The translations under genes were made by a program, and so were the position numbers. Positions 46,162-53,653 of a stretch of DNA of 64,000 bases are shown piece after piece. The stretch is taken from the NCBI GenBank assembly GCA_039029735.1, contig JBCCFL010000019.1, forward strand, positions 12,924-76,923. Reading direction: 5' to 3'. The notes under the pieces were generated by a model, which had not been told where the DNA came from, ran no database searches, and was given only the letters and a program-made list of their open reading frames with translations. The DNA is from Actinomycetota bacterium. Lineage in GTDB: Bacteria; Actinomycetota; Acidimicrobiia; Acidimicrobiales; SZUA-35. Numbering within the stretch: the first letter of the stretch is position 1; every line of letters starts with the position of its first letter.

Positions 46162-48626
46162 GCGACGACCGGTTCGAGATCGTTGTGATCGGCGGCGGCG
46201 CCGTCGGTACCGCGATCCAATGGCATCTGGCGATGGCGGGCCGGACCGACTCGGTACTGATCGAGAAGCACGAGCTCACCGCCGGTTCCACGTGGCACGC
46301 CGCCGGCAACGTGCCGACGTTCTCGAACAGCTGGCTCGGCCAGCGGGCCGGCAACTACGCCTGGCGGCTCTACTCCGAGCTGGCCGCCGATCCCGACGAT
46401 CCGATCACGTATCGCCACACCCGAGCCTTCTGGCCGGGGCACACGCCGGAACGCATCGATCACTTCCATCACCTCCTGGCGATCGCCACCGGGCTCGGGT
46501 TCGATCTGCAGCTCGTGTCGCCGTCTGAGATGGAGGCGATGCACCCGTTCTGGCACGACGACGGCTCGGTGATCGCTGGCCTCCTCGACCCCTACGAGGG
46601 CGACATCGACCCAAGCGGCCTCACCCAATCGCTCGCCCGTCGCTCCCGCGCCCTCGGCGCCGAGGTGCGCCGCCACACCCGGGTGGTTGGCATCGACCGG
46701 CTGAACGGCGGCGACGCGCGATGGCGGGTGCACGTTCACACTGCGGCCGGAGCCGGCTTCATCGACTGCGACATCGTGATCAACGCGGCCGGGTTCTACG
46801 GTGCCGACGTCTCCGCGATGGTGGGCGTCGAGGTGCCGCTCGCCGTGCTCGAACACCAGTACCTCGTCACGGGGCCCGTGCCAGAGCTGAAGGCTCACGA
46901 CGAGGTGTTCCCCCTCGTGCGCGACCCGGAGATCATGTTCTACCTCCGGCGAGAGAACGACCGGCTGCTCTTCGGCAACTACGGCCACGAGGGCCGAACC
47001 GTGTGGGAGGACGGTCGGCCCGACGTGTTCGACTCGTCACTCTTCGCCGCCGACGACGAAGGCATCGCCGAGGTGGCCGAACAGGCCATGGCCCACCTGC
47101 CGATTCTGGGCGAAGTCGGGATCGCCGAGTTCGTGAACGGGCCGATCACCTACACCCCCGATATGAACCCGCTGATCGGTCCGGCGGCCGGCGTCGATGG
47201 CTTCTATCAGGCGATCGGGGTGCAGATCGGCATCACCCACGCGGCGGCAGCAGGCAAGGTGCTCACCGAGCTGATCACGGCCGGCGACACCGAATGGGAC
47301 GTGTGGCCCTGGGATCCCCGTCGCTTCGGCCGGTGGTCGCTCGCCGGACAGGGGCGGGACTCCTACGCCAACGCCCGAGTGCGGGAGATGTACGAGCACC
47401 AGTACGGCGCGCCGTTCCCGCACCGGCTGTGGACGACGGCCCGCCCCGTACAGCAGACGCCGCTGTATGAGACGTTGGCGGCCAAGGGCGCCCGCTTCGG
47501 GCAGATCGCCGGCTGGGAGCGGGCGTTCTGGTTCGGCGCCGAGGAGTACAGCCACCGCACGTTGAGCTACCGCGACGAACACTGGCACGATGCCGTGGCT
47601 GGGGAGTGCGCCGCCGTTCGCGATCACGTCGGGGTGATGGACCACGGGGGCTTCACTCGCTTCGAGGTGTCGGGGCCTGGGGCCGAGGCCTTCCTGGACC
47701 GGATGTTCTGCACGAGGCTGCCCAACCCCGGCCGGGTGCGGCTGTCGTACATGCTCCGCCCAAACGGCACGGTGTGGAGCGAGGCCACGATCGGTCGGCT
47801 CGGTGAGGATCACTTCCTGCTCCTCGGCCCGACGGCGGCCCGCGAACGCGACTTCGACTGGCTCGATCGCCACCTGCCCCGCAACGGCTCAGTCGAGCTC
47901 CGCTACGGCGTCGACCGCACATCGACGCTGATGGTGATGGGGCCTCGGTCGCGTGAGCTGTTGGGACGGCTCACCGACGCCGATCTGTCGAAGGAGGCGG
48001 CACCGTGGATGTCGCTGCGGGAGATCGAGATCGCCGGGGCGATGGTGACCGCGTTGCGGGTGAGCTTCGTCGGTGAGCTCGGCTGGGAGCTGCACTGCGA
48101 TGATGCCGACCTCGTGGCGCTCTATCGCGCCATCCACGATGCCGGCACCGACCTCGGGATCAGGGACTTCGGCTCCTACGCGCTCAACGCGATGCGCGTC
48201 GAGAAGGGCTACCACGGCTGGGGCAGCGAGTTCGGCGTGGAGTACACGCCCTACGACGTGGGGCTCGAACGCTTCCTCGCCCTCGACAAGGGCGACTTCG
48301 TGGGGCGGGATGCAGCGCTCAGGGCCGGCGCGGCGCCGGCCGAGTGGAGCTACGGCGTGTGGACGGTGGACACCTCCGGTGTCGACGGGCCAGCCGGCGA
48401 TCCGCCACCGTCGGCGCCAATCCGGGTCGATGGCAAGGCGGTGGGGTTCGTAACGTCGGCGTCGATGGGCTTCCGGATCGGCGGCCGGGTGTGTCTGGGC
48501 TACGTGGAGGGCGCCGTCGCTCACCAGATGGACGGCTTCACGATCGACGCCTATGGCGCCGACTGCCCGGCCCAACGCCACCCCCACGGCGTGTACGACC
48601 CCGACCACGAACGCCCCCGCAGCTGA
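46158..48626 (+). CDS. Dimethylglycine/sarcosine dehydrogenase-family enzyme (FAD DAO domain + GcvT folate-binding domain, 822 aa)
   Basis: ORF 45831..48626 was trimmed to ATG 46158, which is ATGA-coupled to the MttB stop. Contains MSDDRFEIVVIGGGAVGTAIQWHLA...GSTWHAAGNVP. The C-terminal GcvT-like part has GVMDHGGFTRFEVSGPGA...VSFVGELGWELH. Confidence 0.85.
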   Translation: MSDDRFEIVVIGGGAVGTAIQWHLAMAGRTDSVLIEKHELTAGSTWHAAGNVPTFSNSWLGQRAGNYAWRLYSELAADPDDPITYRHTRAFWPGHTPERIDHFHHLLAIATGLGFDLQLVSPSEMEAMHPFWHDDGSVIAGLLDPYEGDIDPSGLTQSLARRSRALGAEVRRHTRVVGIDRLNGGDARWRVHVHTAAGAGFIDCDIVINAAGFYGADVSAMVGVEVPLAVLEHQYLVTGPVPELKAHDEVFPLVRDPEIMFYLRRENDRLLFGNYGHEGRTVWEDGRPDVFDSSLFAADDEGIAEVAEQAMAHLPILGEVGIAEFVNGPITYTPDMNPLIGPAAGVDGFYQAIGVQIGITHAAAAGKVLTELITAGDTEWDVWPWDPRRFGRWSLAGQGRDSYANARVREMYEHQYGAPFPHRLWTTARPVQQTPLYETLAAKGARFGQIAGWERAFWFGAEEYSHRTLSYRDEHWHDAVAGECAAVRDHVGVMDHGGFTRFEVSGPGAEAFLDRMFCTRLPNPGRVRLSYMLRPNGTVWSEATIGRLGEDHFLLLGPTAARERDFDWLDRHLPRNGSVELRYGVDRTSTLMVMGPRSRELLGRLTDADLSKEAAPWMSLREIEIAGAMVTALRVSFVGELGWELHCDDADLVALYRAIHDAGTDLGIRDFGSYALNAMRVEKGYHGWGSEFGVEYTPYDVGLERFLALDKGDFVGRDAALRAGAAPAEWSYGVWTVDTSGVDGPAGDPPPSAPIRVDGKAVGFVTSASMGFRIGGRVCLGYVEGAVAHQMDGFTIDAYGADCPAQRHPHGVYDPDHERPRS

Positions 48627-48668
48627 GGCCGGGCGCGCCCATCGAGGAGTTGTCGAGCCCTCGACGCG

Positions 48669-49106
48669 TCACCCTTTTCGATACCAGGTCGTTTCTTCGG
48701 TGACGATGTTCTCGCCGTAGTGGCAGCGACGGGTCACCGCGCAGTAGGGGCCCACGCCAAAGACATCAACCAGATCGCATTGGGAACTGCTCTTGGGCTG
48801 GTTGTCAGACACCATCTTCAGGGTGAGAAGGGCGACCAGTGACGAAATCCCGGTGTCGGTCGGCGCCTCCGATGAGGCGTCGAGATCTACGTGCCCGAGC
48901 GCAGCCGACTCCAGCACCTTTGCGGCGAGTTCGTATCCGACCTCGTGCCCTCCAGCAATCAGATCCCGTGCGAGCTGGAGCTGTTCGTCCGGGCTCATCC
49001 GAGTCCGCTCCCCGATACTTTCTCCCCATGGGGTCGAAACACCCGTCTTGCTCTGATTCACTAAAGTCACTTGCGGCTCTCCTTTCGACTTGGAGAGTTG
49101 TACCAC
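48669..49106 (-). CDS. Hypothetical protein (145 aa; possibly 109 aa from an internal ATG)
   Basis: Located in the lower-GC island. Sequence includes MSPDEQLQLARDLIAGGHEVGYELAAKVLESAALG...CAVTRRCHYGENIVTEETTWYRKG. No family recognised. Confidence 0.45.
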   Translation of the reverse strand: MVQLSKSKGEPQVTLVNQSKTGVSTPWGESIGERTRMSPDEQLQLARDLIAGGHEVGYELAAKVLESAALGHVDLDASSEAPTDTGISSLVALLTLKMVSDNQPKSSSQCDLVDVFGVGPYCAVTRRCHYGENIVTEETTWYRKG

Positions 49107-49161
49107 ACAAGCTCTATTGACGTATATGTAGAACGATTCACATCATCAAAACTGACGCTCC

Positions 49162-51129
49162 ATGCACCGAGCTCTAGCAACTGCGGTTCTTGTAACCGCC
49201 GGCATAGGCATCCTTTTCGGCATCGTGCTCAACCTGAGGTCGATACGCCCAGCCGACGCTGCACGGCTGCACGCCGCAGCCCGACACTCCTCGATCGAAA
49301 TCATCCCCCTCACCGGCGATCAGAACGACCTGACCCCGAGGCGCGTGTCAGTCTCCTTGTCCTTCCACATCGACAGGCCCCGCGATCTCGTACTGCGATT
49401 GTCCGGCGATCCGGGCCAGCGTGTGGCCATGATCTTCTCGACTACCCGTATCGTCGATGCCCGGGGTCTCAGCGCAGCGCTGTCACAACCCGCGCCTGAG
49501 CCGCTGCCACTGGTGTATCCCGGTGACGCCACGATGCTTGACGGCGATCAACTCGACCGATTTCGAGTCCTACGCTGCCAATCCGGGCCGGCAGGGGTCC
49601 CGCCAAACAGTCGATTGTGTCAAGAGTCAGCGTGGGCGATCGTCGTGTTTCTCGAAACGCCACCGGCACGATCCAACCAGATCGGTGAGCCGTTCACAGA
49701 GGCCGAGTTCACACTCGGGGTGGCCCCCGTTGCCTCCGGATCCGAGACAATGGCTGCGCTGATGCCCAACGTGACCCTGGGAACGCCGGTCACAGGCGTG
49801 TTTGACGCCGGGCCCACGACACCACCCAACCTGACAGTTCCGGAGGAGCTGAGCGCGCTGCCGACATCTGACGGAACAGATCTGTGGCGGGACGCCGTAC
49901 CGCTCCAGGAGGGCTCGCGCCTCACGATCACGGTGGAGAGTGGAGCGGCCGATCGGCTCATCGGAGGTTCCACGGCCACGACGGTCGGGGAGTTTGCTGA
50001 GACGGTGTCCTCGAGTCGGTACCGCGTGGTCGGGGAAATCGCTGACGAGGAGAGCGATGGGTACTCAGACACGAGTCCAGTCGTCGCAACGGGCGTGTCG
50101 GAGGCCATCTTCGAGTTGACCGGACGGTCGCGTGAGATGCGGGCCAGGATTGTGTTCGGTAGCGCGTTGATCGGCACGGCCGCTTCCCTTCTCGCCAGTG
50201 CTCTGCTGCAGCTCATCAGCTCACAACAGGCGACATCTGCGCTGCCGACCATCCTGCCTCGTGTCGAACGCCAGAGCACGAACGGCCGCAGGGTCGACGC
50301 AGCGCACGGCCCGAGATCAACAGTCCGGCTGGCAGTGTGGAGCCTTGCCCCACCTGAGAAAGCTCCTTACACGACCTATGCGCAGGCGGCGCACGCCGTA
50401 GTCGCTTTGGATCCTGATCTGTTGGTGATCACAGACCTCGCCCCAACGTTCGACCTTTTGGAGCTCGAGCGACATCTACGAGAATGCTCTGGCCTGGCGT
50501 ATCGGGGCGAGATATGCGATGCCTCACTCGGAAATGACCCATCAGCGAGGATCGCCATTCTGTGTCGGACTGAAGTGTGGATAGAACAGTTTGAGCGATT
50601 CCGTTCATTCGATCTGGCGCAAGGTCGCACCCGCTTCATGATCGCGATCAACGCTGAAGTCAGCGACCTCGAGTTCAAGGTCGCAGTATCCGGGGTCGAT
50701 CTCGCCTTGCAGGACCACAACTTGCCTCCTAGTAGGGTGGCGTCGGCGCCCGACTCGGATCCGTACGATGCGCTGCGGGCGTGGGTGGCGTCAGGTGAGA
50801 AGGTGCTTCTCTTCGCCGACTCGGCCTTCCAGATGGACGGCACGCTGAATCACGTGTCGGCCTGGGAGCGAAACAGCAGATCGATGCCCAGGCTTGGGGG
50901 CGACGACGGCCCGGCGGTGAGCAACTTCGCCATCAGTCCGAACATGTCGACCCGATACGTCAGAGGCAGCCTCCAACGAGTGCCGCTCCATTGGGCGCTG
51001 AACATGGGCCGTCGGAGGTTCGAGAGGTCGATCTCATCTCACACTCCCCTCGTTGCCTCCGTCCTCATCAGGTTGCCGCCCACCGCGGCACCTCGTCATC
51101 GAACGGAGGAGAAGCGTCGTCGCAAGTAG
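49162..51129 (+). CDS. Two-TM membrane protein (655 aa) with a C-terminal region resembling a degenerate endonuclease/exonuclease/phosphatase (EEP) fold
   Basis: TM1 is ALATAVLVTAGIGILFGIVLNL. A ~300-aa domain follows, then TM2 IVFGSALIGTAASLLASALLQLI. The C-terminal blocks occur in EEP order but with substituted catalytic positions: VRLAVWSL, DPDLLVITDL, ARIAILCR, KVAVSGVDL, VLLFADSAF, ISSHTPLVASV. Confidence 0.55.
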   Translation: MHRALATAVLVTAGIGILFGIVLNLRSIRPADAARLHAAARHSSIEIIPLTGDQNDLTPRRVSVSLSFHIDRPRDLVLRLSGDPGQRVAMIFSTTRIVDARGLSAALSQPAPEPLPLVYPGDATMLDGDQLDRFRVLRCQSGPAGVPPNSRLCQESAWAIVVFLETPPARSNQIGEPFTEAEFTLGVAPVASGSETMAALMPNVTLGTPVTGVFDAGPTTPPNLTVPEELSALPTSDGTDLWRDAVPLQEGSRLTITVESGAADRLIGGSTATTVGEFAETVSSSRYRVVGEIADEESDGYSDTSPVVATGVSEAIFELTGRSREMRARIVFGSALIGTAASLLASALLQLISSQQATSALPTILPRVERQSTNGRRVDAAHGPRSTVRLAVWSLAPPEKAPYTTYAQAAHAVVALDPDLLVITDLAPTFDLLELERHLRECSGLAYRGEICDASLGNDPSARIAILCRTEVWIEQFERFRSFDLAQGRTRFMIAINAEVSDLEFKVAVSGVDLALQDHNLPPSRVASAPDSDPYDALRAWVASGEKVLLFADSAFQMDGTLNHVSAWERNSRSMPRLGGDDGPAVSNFAISPNMSTRYVRGSLQRVPLHWALNMGRRRFERSISSHTPLVASVLIRLPPTAAPRHRTEEKRRRK

Positions 51130-51133
51130 CCGC

Positions 51134-51487
51134 CTACTCGTCGCAGGACCAGCGATCCCACCGCCCCGGGCCCACCAGGCCGTACTGCACGCACCCACCA
51201 ACGGGGTCGTCCCAGCCGACTGTGCACCCGCCATGCGCCTCAGCAAGCGTTTTCGCTGGCATGGCCTCGACTCTGAGTTCGGCGTCATCCGGTGTCGGCA
51301 CGGCCGCGGTGGCCTCCCACTGCTGAGCGCACCACGCAGCGTCGGCCGGTGCCGGCGTCCAGCGCTGCGCCGCCTTCACGGCGCCGAACCCGCCGACGAC
51401 CACAACGGCGATGCCGACGAAGGCAATGCCGGCGACGTCCAACACTCGACCACCGAAGGTCTGGACTCCGTTCAGGCGAAGAACCAA
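51134..51487 (-). CDS. Small membrane-anchored protein (117 aa) with 4 Cys in the extracytoplasmic part
   Basis: TM segment is VAGIAFVGIAVVVVGGFGAV. The tail is ...WCAQQW...GGCTVGWDDPVGGCVQYG...WSCDE. Confidence 0.45.
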   Translation of the reverse strand: MVLRLNGVQTFGGRVLDVAGIAFVGIAVVVVGGFGAVKAAQRWTPAPADAAWCAQQWEATAAVPTPDDAELRVEAMPAKTLAEAHGGCTVGWDDPVGGCVQYGLVGPGRWDRWSCDE

Positions 51488-51747
51488 CTGAAGAGGCCGA
51501 GCACGAGGGGGAGGATGATCACGCCGACGAGCAGCACCACCAGCACGATGCGGGCCATGCGCCGCGCCGGCCGCGAGCCTCCGGCGTAGGCCGAGCCGAT
51601 CACCCCGGCGCCATACACGTCGGGGGCGGCCCAGCGCACGCTGTCGTCCATGTGATCGTCGTGGCCGGCGAACCCGGGCTCGCCCGTCATCTCGTCGGGG
51701 AACTCGTCGGTCTCGTGATCGATGTCGTCCTGTCCCATACCCGCCAC
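51472..51747 (-). CDS. Small tail-anchored membrane protein with an acidic N-terminus (91 aa)
   Basis: Sequence is MGQDDIDHETDEFPDEMTGEPGFAGHDDHMDD... followed by the C-terminal TM IVLVVLLVGVIILPLVLGLFSWFF. It overlaps the downstream ORF by 16 nt. Confidence 0.45.
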   Translation of the reverse strand: MAGMGQDDIDHETDEFPDEMTGEPGFAGHDDHMDDSVRWAAPDVYGAGVIGSAYAGGSRPARRMARIVLVVLLVGVIILPLVLGLFSWFFA

Positions 51748-51780
51748 GCTAGAAGAACGGAGGGGCGCCGTCCGGTCGCG

Positions 51781-52758
51781 TCAGGCGCCGCGGCGGCGTC
51801 GGATCTCGGCTGAGATCGCCGGAACCACCTTGTGGAGATCGGCGATCACGGCGTAGTCGGCCTTCGACACCATGTTGGCTTCCGGGTCGGTGTTGATGGC
51901 CAGGATGCGCTTGGAGGCCATGGCCCCCACCCAGTGCTGGATGGCACCCGAGATGCCGGTGGCGATGTAGATCTCAGGCGCGATCCTCGTGCCGGTCTGA
52001 CCCACCTGATCGCTGTGGGGCCGCCAGCCGTTGTTGGTGACGGCTCGGGAGCACCCCACCACACCGCCGAGCAGCTCGGCGAGCTCCTCCAGGGGAGCGA
52101 ATGCGTCGGCCGAACCGACGCCACGACCGCCCGACACCACCACCGGTGAGGTCGACAGGGTGATGCCCTGACTGAGCACGTCGCGGTCGGCGATCATCGT
52201 GACGGTGACCGACTCGTCCAGGTCGGGCTCGAAGGTCTCCACGGTGGCATCACCGGCGGCGTCGGCCGGTTCGGCGGCCACCGCGTGATGGGCGTAGGTG
52301 ACGAGCTTGCGGTCGGCGGTGAGCGTCACATCTTCGAGCAGCGAGCCGCCCCACTGCACCCGGGTGACCGACCACGGGTCGTCGTCGGTGTCGATCTCGG
52401 TGCAGTTGGCCACGAACGGGGCGTCGATGCGGGCCGCCATCTGGGCCATCACCTCGTTGCCACGGTCGGTGCCGACCGACATCACCACATCGGCATCGGC
52501 GTCGTCAGCCAGCTGGGCCAGGGCCTCGGCCCAGGCGTCGGGCCCGTAGTCGGTGAGCAGGTCGTGGCTCACCACGTGCACGGTGTCGGCACCGAAGCGG
52601 CCGGCTTCGTCCACCACATCATCGGCCCCGGCACCGATGGCGACGGCGTCGATCGACTCGCCGAGCGAGTCACCCAGGATCCGAGCCGCAGTCAGCGCCT
52701 CACGCGCCGCCTCAGTGATCTCGCCGCAATCATGTTCGAGGAGAACCAGCATCGTCAT
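51781..52758 (-). CDS. etfA: Electron transfer flavoprotein alpha subunit
   Basis: Contains VVSGGRGVGS...GCSRAVTNNGW...QVGQTGTRIAPEIYIATGISGAIQH. The start overlaps the etfB stop by 4 nt. Confidence 0.9.
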   Translation of the reverse strand: MTMLVLLEHDCGEITEAAREALTAARILGDSLGESIDAVAIGAGADDVVDEAGRFGADTVHVVSHDLLTDYGPDAWAEALAQLADDADADVVMSVGTDRGNEVMAQMAARIDAPFVANCTEIDTDDDPWSVTRVQWGGSLLEDVTLTADRKLVTYAHHAVAAEPADAAGDATVETFEPDLDESVTVTMIADRDVLSQGITLSTSPVVVSGGRGVGSADAFAPLEELAELLGGVVGCSRAVTNNGWRPHSDQVGQTGTRIAPEIYIATGISGAIQHWVGAMASKRILAINTDPEANMVSKADYAVIADLHKVVPAISAEIRRRRGA

Positions 52759-53546
52759 TGGGTACCCCCGAGCACGCCGATCTCTTCGAGCAGGTCGACG
52801 ATGGCAGCGGCAGCGGTCTCGTCGGTACCGAGGATCCGGGTTTCCTTCACGGTCTCGGCCGGGCGCTTGAGCTGCACCATGGCCTGACCACCGGCACCAG
52901 CTGCGATGTCACGCACCTGCATGTCGGCCTTCTTCGACGCCAACCGGCCCTTCATCGTGGGGTAGCGCGGGAGGTTGATGCCCTCTTTCACGCCGAGCAC
53001 CGCAGGGCGGGGCAGCCGGTAGACCTCGAACCCACCATCGATGGCCCGACGGGCGACGATCTGGTCACCGTCGAGTTCAGTGCCCTTGATGCCGTTCACG
53101 ATCGGTCGGCCGAGGGCCCGGGCCACGCGAACGCCGACCTGGAACCCACCCGAGTCGGCCGACTCGTTGCCGAACATGATCAGATCGAACGGCCCACCGT
53201 CGGCCTCGATGGCCTGGATCGCATCAGCAAGGGCCGAGGCTGTGCGCTGGGGATCCCACGCTGCGAGCCCGTCCTCGATGGGCACAAGCACGAGATCGGT
53301 GGCGCCGACACTGGCGGCGTAGCGGAGCTGCTCCTCGGCCTCGGGCGGGCCGAGGGTGAGCACGGTCACCGCGCCGCCGTTGGTCTCCACGAGCTGCACC
53401 GCCTCTTCGACGGCGCACTCCTCGTGGGGGCTGGTGGTGAACCCGAGATGCGCCGTCTCCACGGCCTGCCCATCATCGGTCACGTTGATCCGCGCCCCGG
53501 GCGCCGGCACCCGTTTCACACAGCAGAGGACCCTGAGTTCGCTCAT
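52755..53546 (-). CDS. etfB: Electron transfer flavoprotein beta subunit
   Basis: ORF 52755..53633(-) was trimmed to ATG 53546 (MSELRVLCCVKRVPAPGARI...NPHEECAVEEAV...). Confidence 0.9.
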   Translation of the reverse strand: MSELRVLCCVKRVPAPGARINVTDDGQAVETAHLGFTTSPHEECAVEEAVQLVETNGGAVTVLTLGPPEAEEQLRYAASVGATDLVLVPIEDGLAAWDPQRTASALADAIQAIEADGGPFDLIMFGNESADSGGFQVGVRVARALGRPIVNGIKGTELDGDQIVARRAIDGGFEVYRLPRPAVLGVKEGINLPRYPTMKGRLASKKADMQVRDIAAGAGGQAMVQLKRPAETVKETRILGTDETAAAAIVDLLEEIGVLGGTQ

Positions 53547-53653
53547 CGATCTCCTCGGGGGACGTTCGCCAGGGTGGCCCCCGGCCAGCCTGCGAACTCC
53601 AGGTGGCGCTCGCGCCACACCTTCACGCAGCACAGAATGCGCAGTTCGCTCAC
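53543..53653 (-). CDS. 36-codon upstream ORF whose first 11 codons duplicate the EtfB N-terminus; it bridges the upstream stop and the etfB start
   Basis: The GTG at 53653 overlaps the TGA of the upstream dehydrogenase gene (GTGA). It encodes VSELRILCCVKVWRERHLEFAGWPGATLANVPRGDR*. Its TGA overlaps the etfB ATG (ATGA). The true EtfB begins MSELRVLCCVKRVP. Confidence 0.4.
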   Translation of the reverse strand: MSELRILCCVKVWRERHLEFAGWPGATLANVPRGDR

